Assembly (NCBI GenBank): GCA_963829055.1
Contig: CAWHHI010000006.1
Span: 352,001-416,000, forward strand
Length of the DNA stretch: 64,000 bases
Origin: an uncultured Gemmatimonadaceae bacterium
GTDB lineage: Bacteria > Gemmatimonadota > Gemmatimonadetes > Gemmatimonadales > Gemmatimonadaceae
Reading direction: 5' to 3'
This document shows, piece after piece, positions 21,042 to 31,115 of the stretch. The position numbers were made by a program, and so were the translations under genes. Below the pieces are notes generated by a model. The model searched no databases. It was given only the letters and a program-made list of their open reading frames with translations, and was not told the origin of the DNA. Each line of letters starts with the position of its first letter. Within the stretch, counting starts at the first letter, position 1.

Positions 21042-21275
21042 ATGGCGCTGCGCGAGCTCGAGGACGCATCGGGGTGCCGGTGGCAGGTGTGGGAGACCGC
21101 GCCCGCCAAGACTACTGGCCTCTCGGAACGCTATCGGGGTGGGTGGCTCACCTTCGACTGTGGCGCCGAGCGGCGCCGGTTAGCCCCGGTGCCCGCGGGA
21201 TGGGAGGCACTCCCGACCGAGCGGCTCCTCCTCCTGGTTCTTGCCGCGGAGCTGGTGCCCCGACGATTCGGCTAG
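21042..21275 (+). CDS. Small Trp-rich hypothetical protein
   Basis: MALRELEDASGCRWQVWE...GWLTFD...RRLAPVPAGW; starts 4 bp after the previous stop. Confidence 0.7.
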   Translation: MALRELEDASGCRWQVWETAPAKTTGLSERYRGGWLTFDCGAERRRLAPVPAGWEALPTERLLLLVLAAELVPRRFG

Positions 21276-22252
21276 TCCGCCTTTCTCTTCGCGCGCCACG
21301 CGAGCACCGAGCGGCGTGCCGACGTCACCAGGCGAACCGGCGGAAAGGACACCACTCGAACCTGCGCGCGCAACAGAGCGACGGGGACTCCGTGCGCTTC
21401 CATGACGGACACGGTCTGGAGGGCAGCCTGCACGTTCCCTCGCGCGGCCGCGCTCAGCGCGAGATGGGCGACGTAGTTCCTGATGTACGCGGCAATCTCG
21501 CTCCGATATTCCGAGAGCTCGCCGGCCGCGACGCTCGGATTCGACAACACCCGGAAGTGCGACGCCGCGAAGTCCGCCGCGCTCGACGTCAGGCTGGAGT
21601 CGTGAACCCGGTAGTGCGCCACGACGTCTGTGACCGCGGCGACGTCGCCACGTGACGCGAACGTCAGCCTCTGTAGCAGGTCACAGACACTGCCGATCGC
21701 CTCGTCGTAGTACTCGCGCCGGTCCGGCGCGCCGATCGGAAACATGGTGCCCGCCAGTGTAACCGATCGCTCGCCGCGCAGGTGCGCACGGATGAAATCG
21801 GGCCCTCGTTCGACGTCCGGGCCCTGTCTCCTGGAGACCGCTCGAACGTCTCCGGCGCTGTTGATCACCGCGAACGCTCCGTACGCGAACTGCACGCCGG
21901 GCCGACGACAGGCACCGACGAGCAGCTCGACGGCCCGGGGCGTCAGAATATCGTCGTCGGAGACGAGCACGAAATAGTCGCCTCGGGCCGCGCGTAGCAG
22001 CGCGTTGAAGTTGCCGACCATGCCGAGGTTTCGCTCGTGCCGGATGGCGCGCAGTCGCGGTTCCGCCGCGCCGAGCTCACGCAGCAGGTCGGCGGTTCCG
22101 TCGGTGGACGCGTTGTCCCCCACGAGGATCTCGAGATGGGGATACGTTTGCGCGCGTATCGACTCCAGCGACTCGCGCACATAGGCGGCGCGGTTGAACG
22201 TCGGTACCGCGATGGTGACCATCGCGTTCGAGGAGTGATCGGCGGTCGCCAT
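21272..22252 (-). CDS. Glycosyltransferase family 2
   Basis: VTIAVPTFNR, DNASTD, NLGMVGNFN and SDDD motifs. Confidence 0.92.
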   Translation of the reverse strand: MATADHSSNAMVTIAVPTFNRAAYVRESLESIRAQTYPHLEILVGDNASTDGTADLLRELGAAEPRLRAIRHERNLGMVGNFNALLRAARGDYFVLVSDDDILTPRAVELLVGACRRPGVQFAYGAFAVINSAGDVRAVSRRQGPDVERGPDFIRAHLRGERSVTLAGTMFPIGAPDRREYYDEAIGSVCDLLQRLTFASRGDVAAVTDVVAHYRVHDSSLTSSAADFAASHFRVLSNPSVAAGELSEYRSEIAAYIRNYVAHLALSAAARGNVQAALQTVSVMEAHGVPVALLRAQVRVVSFPPVRLVTSARRSVLAWRAKRKAD

Positions 22253-22257
22253 CGTCG

Positions 22258-23790
22258 TTAGGCTCGGCCCATGGCTCGTCGCAACGTGTTGGCCGCGTCG
22301 ACGCGCTCGGCCGCCGTGAGTCCCGCCACCCAGACGAGCGGAATCGCGAGGACAGCCACGACCGCCAGCGTCGCGATGAGCGCGATCGGCGAGGACGACC
22401 CGCTTCGCAACAGCGCCCAGCGCAGACTGAGCGCGAATGCCGCGGTGACGAGAGCGACGCCGATGGACGGGGCCACCCACCGCACGTAGTCGCGGAGCGC
22501 TATGCCGAACAGCCGCATGCTGTACCGGGGCACGTACCAGTTGTTGGTGGCCAGCTGAGCGATCACCATGCCAGCCACGACGCCGGGGACGCCCCAGATG
22601 CGCGCCAGTGCGACGCCGAGCGCGATGGTCACCACGCCGGACAGAATCGCGACGCGCAGAAATACGATTCGTCCCGTCGCCATGACGGCGATGGCGTGCA
22701 CCACGTGGTGGGCTTCGAGCACGTACAGGAAGAGCAGCAGCCACAGACTCGTGTAGCCGACGAAGTTCTGGCTGCCGACCCAGGCGGCGATGATCTCCCG
22801 GCCGAGCACGCCTACCACCGCCGCGCCGACACAGAGGAGCGTCGTCACCTTTCGCAGCGTCAGCCGAAGCATCTCGGTCACGCCACGCGTGTCACTGGCC
22901 GCAACCGTCGACGAAATGAACGGCTCGATGACCTGCGCCGGCATGAGCGCGATGATGTACAGCGTCTCCGCGAGCTGCCTCGCCACGACGAACTGCGGAA
23001 CCGATTCGACGGAGACCTGCGATGCCACGATCAATGGCGCGCTGGCCAGGATGAGCGCGCCTCCCAGGTTAGTGCCCGCCCACTGCAGGCTCGGTCCTAT
23101 CATTCTCCGCGCAAGCGCGTGGTCGTACGCTGTGGGCGCTCGCAGCTCGGGCCTCAGGTGCCTAACGAGCGGAATGGCGGCCAGGAGCAGCACGTTCTGA
23201 GTAGCCCACGCTGCCGCGAAGCCGACCAGCCCGAACCCGCTAAAACCGGCCAGCGCCGCGAGCCCGGTACCCATCATGTACGCCATCGCGCGCGCGAGCC
23301 GCTGCAGGCTCACCATTCCCCACCCGGATGCGACGGCGAACGCGTGACCGGCGAAGATGCTCGCCGCCGAGCCACCGACGAAGAGCCACCAGGCGGTCCG
23401 CCGGGATGCATTCCACTCGAGGCCCCCGAACCGGGGCAGTACGAGCCAACCTAACGATCCTCCGACGACGAGCACGATCGCGACGAGGACCAGGTACAGC
23501 CGCAGCGACGTCCAGTACACATCGCGGGCGCTCGTGCCCGCGTCGGCCTGACCCCCGCGCGCGAACGCCGTGAGCCGCGTGACGGTCGGCCCGAGACCGA
23601 CATCGAAGAGGTTCACGTAGGCGATCAGGCCGATCAGCACCATCCAGAACCCGGCCTCGTCGCGCGGCAGGAATGACAGGACGAGCAGCGTGTACATCGG
23701 GCCAAGCACGATGGACACGCCGATCTGAAACCATCCGGCGAAGATCCCGCGTGCGATCGCTCGCGCGGCCCCGTGCTTTCGATCAGCCAC
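22258..23790 (-). CDS. Wzx-like polysaccharide flippase
   Basis: About 12-14 TM segments and an LFDVGLG motif; lies within a sugar operon. Confidence 0.8.
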   Translation of the reverse strand: MADRKHGAARAIARGIFAGWFQIGVSIVLGPMYTLLVLSFLPRDEAGFWMVLIGLIAYVNLFDVGLGPTVTRLTAFARGGQADAGTSARDVYWTSLRLYLVLVAIVLVVGGSLGWLVLPRFGGLEWNASRRTAWWLFVGGSAASIFAGHAFAVASGWGMVSLQRLARAMAYMMGTGLAALAGFSGFGLVGFAAAWATQNVLLLAAIPLVRHLRPELRAPTAYDHALARRMIGPSLQWAGTNLGGALILASAPLIVASQVSVESVPQFVVARQLAETLYIIALMPAQVIEPFISSTVAASDTRGVTEMLRLTLRKVTTLLCVGAAVVGVLGREIIAAWVGSQNFVGYTSLWLLLFLYVLEAHHVVHAIAVMATGRIVFLRVAILSGVVTIALGVALARIWGVPGVVAGMVIAQLATNNWYVPRYSMRLFGIALRDYVRWVAPSIGVALVTAAFALSLRWALLRSGSSSPIALIATLAVVAVLAIPLVWVAGLTAAERVDAANTLRRAMGRA

Positions 23791-23803
23791 GATCAGCCCC
23801 GAA

Positions 23804-24703
23804 TCAACTATTGGCGAGGCTGCGAAGCCCGTCCGCGAGCGGCACAGCGGGCCGCCAGCCGGGAAGTGGATCACCCGTCCAGGGGACCATCACCTCCCGA
23901 TCACGATATGGACGTCCTCCCCAGACGACGTCCACGCGGCGCCCGGTGACGGAGGAGTAGAGCTCGACGACCTCTCGCAGCGTGTACCTCCGCGCCGCGG
24001 GTACCGCGAACGACTCGCTCGAGTCGACGTCGCTGCTTCCTGCCCGTCGTGCGGCCACGAGGAGCGCGTCGACGACGTCGTCGACGTGCACGAGGTCGAG
24101 CAGCTGCTCGCCCGGTGACATCTGGAGCGGCACACCGGTCTCGCTCGCGCGGTGCAGCACGGTGAAGAGTTTCTGTCTCCGGTCGCCAGGGCCGTAGGTG
24201 TCGAAGAGCTTCAGTGTCACGGCTCGTAACGTGGACGCAGCGGTGAAGTACGCCAGAAGATCCTGGACCGCCTGCTTCGTCGCGGCGTAGAGGTTCACCG
24301 GTCGCGCGGGTGCGCCTGTCTGGTGCTGCCAGCCGGTGCCCACGTTCACGAGTCGGCGGTTGCCCGCGCCCGCGAGCGCGTCGAAGAGCTGCGCCGAGAA
24401 CAGTACGTTGTCGTCGATCAGGCCAGCGATGTCGTCGGGGCCGTGCTGGGCCACGAACCGCGCCGCGAGATGGAAGGTCACGTCCGGCTTGGCGCGACGC
24501 ACGACGTCGGCGAGTGCCGCCGTGGTTCCGTCATGGAGTACCGGTCGGACGCCTTCCGGCAGCAGACGCGTATCCGTCGTCGGTCGGACGACCGCGACGA
24601 CCGTGGCTCCTCGCGCTACCAGTCGCGCCGCCAGGTGCGTCCCGATGAATCCGGTAGCGCCGGTAATGAGGGCGGTGCTCCCCGTCAGATCACCGTTATC
24701 CAT
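23804..24703 (-). CDS. NAD-dependent sugar epimerase/reductase (CDP-abequose/paratose synthase-like)
   Basis: ITGATGFIG, NLYAATK, LFDTYGPGDRR, MSPGEQ and PYRDREVM motifs. Confidence 0.85.
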   Translation of the reverse strand: MDNGDLTGSTALITGATGFIGTHLAARLVARGATVVAVVRPTTDTRLLPEGVRPVLHDGTTAALADVVRRAKPDVTFHLAARFVAQHGPDDIAGLIDDNVLFSAQLFDALAGAGNRRLVNVGTGWQHQTGAPARPVNLYAATKQAVQDLLAYFTAASTLRAVTLKLFDTYGPGDRRQKLFTVLHRASETGVPLQMSPGEQLLDLVHVDDVVDALLVAARRAGSSDVDSSESFAVPAARRYTLREVVELYSSVTGRRVDVVWGGRPYRDREVMVPWTGDPLPGWRPAVPLADGLRSLANS

Positions 24704-25310
24704 CCGCTGGGTCGGCGAACTCGAACGGGGTCACGAACTCCTCCAGGGCGGGGAGCATTGCGTCTCGTGCGGACACGATCGGACTGCGGCCCGGCCATTC
24801 CATACCGAAGCTGTCCCAGCGTACGCCGCTGTCGTGCTGTGGCGAGTGAACGCTCGTGACCAGGTATCCGAGAATGCTCCGGTCGCTCGTGGCGCAAAAG
24901 CCGTGGGCGACGCCGGGCGGGATGTAGAGCCCCCGTGGCACCGACTCGTCGAGCTCCAGGGAGACGTGCTTGCCATAGGTCGGCGAGCCCCGTCGCAGGT
25001 CGAGCAGCACGTCGACCATCGTGCCGGCGACGCACCAGACGACCTTCGCCTGCTCACTGGGCGGAAGCTGGAGGTGCATCCCGCGGATCGCACCACGCCG
25101 AGAGGTGGTGTAGAACGCCTCGGCGAAATCGTGCTCGAGGCCGCACGCTGCGTAACTCGGCGCGTGGAAGAACTTCACGAATCGACCGCGCTCGTCGTCG
25201 GCTACGCGCGGCACGACCTCGAGGCAGCCCGGAAGGCCCGTCGGGGCGAAGGCGATCGGAAACGTGGTGGCCGGATGGCGGCTCGCGCCCGGCGCAGCGA
25301 GGCCAGCCAT
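24696..25310 (-). CDS. dTDP-4-dehydrorhamnose 3,5-epimerase family (RmlC/AscE-like); start uncertain
   Basis: DERGRF, IRGMHLQ, DLRRGSPTYG and IPPGVAHGF motifs. Confidence 0.88.
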   Translation of the reverse strand: MAGLAAPGASRHPATTFPIAFAPTGLPGCLEVVPRVADDERGRFVKFFHAPSYAACGLEHDFAEAFYTTSRRGAIRGMHLQLPPSEQAKVVWCVAGTMVDVLLDLRRGSPTYGKHVSLELDESVPRGLYIPPGVAHGFCATSDRSILGYLVTSVHSPQHDSGVRWDSFGMEWPGRSPIVSARDAMLPALEEFVTPFEFADPADG

Positions 25311-25550
25311 CAGACGGTCGATCTCCTGGAGCTCAATTCCGCCCTCGTGCAGCAAGAGTGCATGGCGCTCGGATACCTAATAGCTGTGCTCGTCATAGTT
25401 GTGCAGAGATATGGCAAAGCCGACTCACAAGGTAACCTGGACACACGCGTCAGCGCGTACGCGCCAGGCTGACCCGCCGTGCTGCCGTGTCCGCTCGCGC
25501 GATTCGCCTGTCGGCGTTAGGTTGGCGCCGCCCAATAACCCGAGCGTCTC

Positions 25551-25748
25551 ATGTCGCTTACCCCCGAGCAATGCCGGGCACTCGTCGACGCGATCACGGT
25601 CGCCGGCTCGGCCGACGCCCTGGAGGAATTGCGCCGGATGTTCGAGCGCGAGCAGGGGCCGGCCGTGCCGGGCGGCTTTCTCGAACTGCTGATCGACGTC
25701 CGGCACTCGAAGCTGGGACAGCCGCGGGACCGGGGGCGCGTGTCGTAG
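25551..25748 (+). CDS. Small helical hypothetical protein
   Basis: 65-aa ORF with GC-biased codons; pattern shared with 25874-26092. Confidence 0.55.
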   Translation: MSLTPEQCRALVDAITVAGSADALEELRRMFEREQGPAVPGGFLELLIDVRHSKLGQPRDRGRVS

Positions 25749-25873
25749 CCGCCCCCCAAGGAGCTCGGCCGCGAGGCGGCACTCGACGGCGCCTGTCGCG
25801 CGCCGTAGGATCAGAGATCGCAGAGCTGACCGCGCGGCCTATCTCATCACCACCGGCGGACGACCGCCGAATC

Positions 25874-26092
25874 ATGCCTGGCTCGCAGAGCGAGTTCGAA
25901 CGGCTCGTCTTCGAGATCGCGTCGTCGACGTCGACCGCAGACCTTCGCGCGCTACGCGACTACGTCCGCGAGGCGTTCGCTGGCGATGCGCATCTACGAG
26001 ACCTCGACGAGCGCATCACCCATCGCGAGCAGCTCGTGGCGAGCGCCGAGGGGTTGATCGACGACGTCCGCCACCCGCGGCGCGACGATTGA
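25874..26092 (+). CDS. Small helical hypothetical protein
   Basis: MPGSQSEFERLVFEIASS...; amphipathic helices. Confidence 0.55.
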   Translation: MPGSQSEFERLVFEIASSTSTADLRALRDYVREAFAGDAHLRDLDERITHREQLVASAEGLIDDVRHPRRDD

Positions 26093-26126
26093 GACGCTTC
26101 GGTGTGGCGAGTGGAATGCGAGTGAG

Positions 26127-26181
26127 CTGTTGATAGCAGGCGATTCCGGCCAATACGGCCTGCATCGCCTGCTATGAACAG
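26127..26181. terminator. Long hairpin between convergent genes
   Basis: CTGTTGATAGCAGGCGAT...ATCGCCTGCTATGAACAG. Confidence 0.55.
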
Positions 26182-26196
26182 TTCACGCTCGCTCCA

Positions 26197-26664
26197 CTAG
26201 GTGGCGCGATTCCGTAAGGCACGGGTCACGGCGCGGTCGAAGGCCGACGCGAACGCCTGCTTGTCCTTGGCCGAATATGCCCGTGGTCCTCCCGTCTCCA
26301 CACCGGCGGTGCGAAGCGCGTCAGCGAAGTCTCTCACACTGAGTCGTTCGCCTACGGTCTCGGTCGTGTGCTCATAGCCTCGCGGGTCGATCACGGTCAC
26401 GCGCGCTGCCACGAGGATCGCCGCCAGCGGAATGTCCGCCGTGATCGCGATATCGCCTGATCTCGCGTTCTCCGCGATGTAGCGGTCTGCGGCGTCGGGA
26501 CTCCCCTCGACCCGGACAGCGGTGATCATCGGATGGCCCAGCGGGATCTGCGCCCGCTGATTCGCGACGATGATCGTCTCCAGCGTCAGTCTGTGTGCCG
26601 CGCGATAGACGATGTCCTTCACGTCGCGCGGCGTTGCGTCGCCGTCGAGCCAGATCCGCGTCAC
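26197..26664 (-). CDS. YaiI/YqxD (UPF0178) family protein
   Basis: IWLDGDATP, DAADRYI and ITADIPLA motifs. Confidence 0.9.
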   Translation of the reverse strand: MTRIWLDGDATPRDVKDIVYRAAHRLTLETIIVANQRAQIPLGHPMITAVRVEGSPDAADRYIAENARSGDIAITADIPLAAILVAARVTVIDPRGYEHTTETVGERLSVRDFADALRTAGVETGGPRAYSAKDKQAFASAFDRAVTRALRNRAT

Positions 26665-26684
26665 ACTCCCTGTCACGGGGCCTG

Positions 26685-29141
26685 TCACGTGCCCTTCGAG
26701 GGCTTCGCCATCACGGTCGGGTCGAGCTTCATCGTTCTCGCCGCATCGGCGAAGCGCGGATCCGTGCGGATCCCGTCGAATAGCGGTGCATTGATGGACA
26801 TCGCGTAGAGCCAGGGATCCTTCTCTCGCGCGCCGCGCTCGAGCCAGTCCAGCGCCTTCTCGCGCTCGTCGAGTCCGGCGTAGCCCATCGCCATCGCGAT
26901 CGGTGACCCGCCACGGCCGTTTGCGCGCGCTTCCGCCGGCGCGAGCACGGCCCGGGCACTGTCGGCCTTGCCGCTCTTCGCGAGCGCGAACGCGAGCGAT
27001 CCCACGAGCGGGTCGATTCCCTGGCCGAGCCTGACGGCGCGCTGGAAACCCGCCGCGGCCGCGGGATACTCGCCGGCGAACAGGCGCGTGAATGCGAGAA
27101 ACGCGTGGCCGATCCACAGCGTCGAGTCCAACTCTACCGCGCGTTGTCCCGCGAGCATCCCTTCCTGATACCTGCCCGCGAGGCCGAGCGTGTAGCCCAA
27201 CTCGGCGTTGATCACCGGTGACAGCGGCTCGAGATCGCGTGCACGCTCGAGCTCCTTGACGGCTTCGCGCACACGCCCGGTGATGATCAGCACTTCGGAG
27301 TACCACTGGTGGCCCGTCGCGTAGTTGCTGTCGAGCGCGAGGCCGCGGCGGAACTCGGTGGCCGCCGGTTCCCAGTCACCGGTGCTCTTGAGGATCAGGC
27401 CTAACGTCGTGTGCGCCTCGGCCACCGTGCTATCGAGCGCCAGTGCACGCTCGGCTGCCTTGCGCGCGAGCGGGTACGCGCTGTCGGCGGGCGTGGTGCC
27501 GTAGATCGGCATGAGGCCGAGCGCGTCGGCGAGACCGGCGTAGGCGCGGGCGAACGTGGGATCGCGTTCGATGGCCTGACCGAAGTAGTCCGCGGCGCGA
27601 TGCAGCGCGTCGTTTCCACGCTGATGGAAGAAGTAGCGTCCGCGTAGATAGAGGTCGTAAGCGACGAGATCCTCGGTGCCGGCGAGTGCAGTGCCTGGGG
27701 TTCCGGCTTTCTGGCCGGCAGGCGCAGGGGCGAGCGCGACGCGCAGTGCGCCCGCGATGCTACCCGCGATGTCGTCCTGCACCTGGAAGACATCCTTCAT
27801 CTGGCGCTCGTACGTGTCCGACCAGAGCGCGAGATTGTCGTTCGCGTTCGTGAGTTGCGCGGTGACGCGGAGGCGATCGCCGGAGCGGCGGATCGTGCCC
27901 TCGAGCAGGCTCGATACCTTGAGTGTCTTCGCGATCTGCGTTGCGTCCATTCCCTTGCTCTTGAGCGCGAACACGGATGTCCGCGACGCAACACGCAGTC
28001 CCGGGATCTTGCCGAGCGCGCTCGTGAGCTCGTCGGTGATGCCTTCGCTGAAGTACCGGTCGCTGTCGCTGCCGCCGACGTTCTCGAGTGGCAGTACGGC
28101 GACCGAGCGCGGTGAGGCAGCGTCCGTCGATGCGGTACCACGATCGCCGCGTCGGGACAGGAACAGCGCGGCTGTCGTCGCGATGATGAACAGCGCCGCG
28201 AACGTGACGGCGAGGATCGTCCTGTTCGTCTTCGGTGCGACGGCTGGAACGGGCGCAGTACGGCCTAACGTGGAAGAGCCGCTCGATACCAGCGCCTGGT
28301 CGAGCCCGTGCACGAGCTCGGTAGCTGTCTGCGGACGCTTCGATGGGTCCTTCTCGAGGCATCGTCGCACGAGATCGACGAGCGGCACCGGCGCGTCTGG
28401 CCGCGCCACGGACAGCAGCGGCGGCACCTCCGTCATCTGCGCCGCGAGCAAGGCGGCCGGAGCACGGCCCGCGAATGGCGGGACGCCGGCGAACAGCTCG
28501 TAGGCCATGATGCCGAACGAATAAATGTCGGCACGATGGTCGGTGCTGGGGTCGGCCGCGGCCTGCTCGGGCGCCATGTAGAGCGGCGTGCCTAACGAGA
28601 AACCGATCTGCGTGAGCGACCCACCGGGCGCCGAGGTTCCCTCGCGCGCCGACGAGATGGCTTTCGCGACGCCGAAGTCGGTGACGACGGCGGCACCGCC
28701 CGACAGCAGTACGTTGTCGGGCTTGATATCGCGATGGACGATGCCGCGCTCGTGCGCATAGGCGAGCGCCACGGCAACGTCGCGCAGAATGTTCGCGCCG
28801 TCGGCGATCGACACTTTCGTCCCGGCCTTCAGCAGGTCGCGGAGCGAACGTCCTTCGACGAACGGCATCGTGAAGAACGGGACGCCGTCCGCTTCGCCCG
28901 CGGTGATGACGGGGACGATGTGTGGATTCTGCAGCCGAGCGACGAGCTGGATCTCGCGATGGAAGCGATCGAGGCTGACGCCGCCGGCGACATCGGGCGG
29001 GAGCAGCTTGATCACGACCTGGCGGTCGAGCCGGCGCTCGGTGGCGAGAAAGACGTGACTCATCCCTCCGCCGCCGAGCTCGCGCTCGATGGCGTATGCG
29101 TCACCGAGTGCGACCTGGAGTCGCTCGCGGAGCTCGGTCAT
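26685..29141 (-). CDS. Hanks-type Ser/Thr kinase with TM, TolB-like and TPR domains
   Basis: LGGGGMS, HRDIKPDN, DFG, APE and SVAVLPLEN motifs, plus TPRs. Confidence 0.95.
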   Translation of the reverse strand: MTELRERLQVALGDAYAIERELGGGGMSHVFLATERRLDRQVVIKLLPPDVAGGVSLDRFHREIQLVARLQNPHIVPVITAGEADGVPFFTMPFVEGRSLRDLLKAGTKVSIADGANILRDVAVALAYAHERGIVHRDIKPDNVLLSGGAAVVTDFGVAKAISSAREGTSAPGGSLTQIGFSLGTPLYMAPEQAAADPSTDHRADIYSFGIMAYELFAGVPPFAGRAPAALLAAQMTEVPPLLSVARPDAPVPLVDLVRRCLEKDPSKRPQTATELVHGLDQALVSSGSSTLGRTAPVPAVAPKTNRTILAVTFAALFIIATTAALFLSRRGDRGTASTDAASPRSVAVLPLENVGGSDSDRYFSEGITDELTSALGKIPGLRVASRTSVFALKSKGMDATQIAKTLKVSSLLEGTIRRSGDRLRVTAQLTNANDNLALWSDTYERQMKDVFQVQDDIAGSIAGALRVALAPAPAGQKAGTPGTALAGTEDLVAYDLYLRGRYFFHQRGNDALHRAADYFGQAIERDPTFARAYAGLADALGLMPIYGTTPADSAYPLARKAAERALALDSTVAEAHTTLGLILKSTGDWEPAATEFRRGLALDSNYATGHQWYSEVLIITGRVREAVKELERARDLEPLSPVINAELGYTLGLAGRYQEGMLAGQRAVELDSTLWIGHAFLAFTRLFAGEYPAAAAGFQRAVRLGQGIDPLVGSLAFALAKSGKADSARAVLAPAEARANGRGGSPIAMAMGYAGLDEREKALDWLERGAREKDPWLYAMSINAPLFDGIRTDPRFADAARTMKLDPTVMAKPSKGT

Positions 29142-29239
29142 GGGGGGACAGGAGGGAACAGGGAACCGGGAACTGCAGGAGCTGGTAGCTGGTCGCTCGT
29201 GCTGGTCGCTGGTCGCGGTCGCATTGAGAGCGAACGGCA

Positions 29240-29421
29240 GCGAGGGGTCTTCTCGAACGCCAACGTGGCCGGTCTGGCCACGAGTACTTCACGGAAGATC
29301 CCTCGCTGCGCTCGGGATGACAACCGCGCTCGGGATGACACCGCGCTCGGTATGCGTCCGCCGTCCGCCATCCGCCGTCCGCCCTCCGACGGCCTCCTTC
29401 CTTCGGCCTCCTTCCTAAGGC
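29240..29421. repeat. REP doublet (type B) plus heptamer tandem repeats
   Basis: GATCCCTCGC..CGCTCGGGATGACA twice, inner CGTGGCC..GGCCACG, and CCGTCCG/CCTCCTT units. Confidence 0.8.
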
Positions 29422-29422
29422 C

Positions 29423-31114
29423 TCAAATCGACTTCGACTTCACGAGCGCCGTGATGCGATCCGCGGCGCGGAAGGCGAGGGCCTGGATCGTCATCGTCGG
29501 CTGGCCGCGACCGGACGTGACGAAGCTGCTCCCGTCGCAGATGAACAGGTTCGGCACGTCATGCGCGCGGTGATCCGCGTTCACCACCGAAGTCCGCGCG
29601 TCGTTGCCCATGCGGCATGTGCCGAGGAGGTGTGGGCCGCCGCCGTCAGGCCCACCGCCGTCGCCCGCGACGCTCACGGCGCCGGCCGCCTGGAGCAGGT
29701 CGCGGCCTTTGTCACCGAACCAGGCGCCGAGCTTCTCGTCGTTAGGGTGGCCGGTGAACGTTAGGCGTGGCGCGGGGAGACCCCAGGCGTCCTTCAGCTT
29801 CGGGTCGAGATCCATCCGGTTGTTCGGCGTCGGCAGGCTGCTGAGATGGCCGTAGACGGCGAGACGCTTCGTGAAGTAATCGCGCGCGCGCTTCTTCCAC
29901 GCGCTGCCCCAGGTCGGCTCGTCGGGCCACGTCGCCTCACCGCTCAGCGGTGTGAACCCGCAGCGGAAATCGAATCCGCCACCGCCGTAGATCCCGAGTG
30001 ATCGCGGGAGCTCGTACGTGTCCCACACGACGCGCGACACGACCGCTCCCTTCCACCCGTTGATCTCGTGCTCGAACAGGCCGTCGCGAAGCGCGCTGCC
30101 GTTGAACATGATGTTCCGGCCGACCTGCCCGCTCGAGTTCGCGAGCCCGTCGGGGAACGCGCTCGTCGCCGACATGAGCAGCAGCTTCGGCGTCTCGCAT
30201 CCGTTGGCCGAGAGGATGACGGCCTTCGCGCGCTGCATGACCTCCGCTTTGCTCTTGTCGAAGTACGTCACGCCGGTGACTCGGCCGCTCGTGTTCGTCT
30301 CGACCTTGCGGACGTAGCTGAACGGCCGGATCTCGCAGCGGTTCGTCGCGACGGCTTCGGGGATCATCGAGACGAGCGAGCTCGATTTCGCGCGCACCTC
30401 GCACGCGGCGCCGATGCAGATGCCGCACGCCACGCAGCCCGAGCGTCCACGATAGGGCCGCGAGAGGATCGCCATCGGCGCCGGCCACGGATGCATGCCG
30501 AGCTTTTTCGCGCCGCGCTCGAGCAGAACGCCTTCGGACTTGATCGGCAGTGGAGGGAGCGGGAACGGCTTGCTGCGTGGCGGCTCGAACGGATTTCCCG
30601 CGAGCCCCGAGACGCCGATCTCCCACTCGACCTTCGTGTAGTACGGCTCGAGGTCCGCATAACGAATCGGCCAGTCCGCGATGGTCGAATCGTCAGGCAC
30701 GCCGAACCGCGTCGCCTGCTCGAACTCGAGCTCCGGGAAGCGCCAGAAGTTCGCCGTGAAGTGCACCGTGCCGCCACCCACGACACGACCGTAGTTGTTC
30801 CACCCGCTCGGCTTCGCTTCGTCCTTGTCCGTCTTTCGGCGCGTGCCCGGCTGATCCTTGTTGTTGTTCGTGAGGGCTTTGTCGGGATGAACGAGGCCCC
30901 AGAAATCGTCGTGCCCGAAATCGCGTTCCGTGAGCCACGGGCCCTGCTCCAGTACGACGACGGAGAAGCCGTTGCGCGAGAGCTCTCGCGCCAGCACGGC
31001 ACCGGCGGCGCCCGAGCCGACGATGACGAAGTCGACTTCATCGGACGGCCGATACGTTCGCATCGGCGACTGCAGGCGCTTCGGTTCGTCGGGGTGATGT
31101 GGGTGATGGCTCAT
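29423..31114 (-). CDS. GMC family oxidoreductase (gluconate dehydrogenase flavoprotein-like)
   Basis: IVGSGAAG, VGGGTVHF, Cys cluster, HLLGTCRMG and PTMTIQALA motifs. Confidence 0.92.
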   Translation of the reverse strand: MSHHPHHPDEPKRLQSPMRTYRPSDEVDFVIVGSGAAGAVLARELSRNGFSVVVLEQGPWLTERDFGHDDFWGLVHPDKALTNNNKDQPGTRRKTDKDEAKPSGWNNYGRVVGGGTVHFTANFWRFPELEFEQATRFGVPDDSTIADWPIRYADLEPYYTKVEWEIGVSGLAGNPFEPPRSKPFPLPPLPIKSEGVLLERGAKKLGMHPWPAPMAILSRPYRGRSGCVACGICIGAACEVRAKSSSLVSMIPEAVATNRCEIRPFSYVRKVETNTSGRVTGVTYFDKSKAEVMQRAKAVILSANGCETPKLLLMSATSAFPDGLANSSGQVGRNIMFNGSALRDGLFEHEINGWKGAVVSRVVWDTYELPRSLGIYGGGGFDFRCGFTPLSGEATWPDEPTWGSAWKKRARDYFTKRLAVYGHLSSLPTPNNRMDLDPKLKDAWGLPAPRLTFTGHPNDEKLGAWFGDKGRDLLQAAGAVSVAGDGGGPDGGGPHLLGTCRMGNDARTSVVNADHRAHDVPNLFICDGSSFVTSGRGQPTMTIQALAFRAADRITALVKSKSI

Positions 31115-31115
31115 G

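Noticed and set aside
26660..26690. GTGACAGG short direct repeats at the kinase/yaiI junction
   Set aside because: Only three short units overlapping the stop and start codons; insufficient evidence of function.
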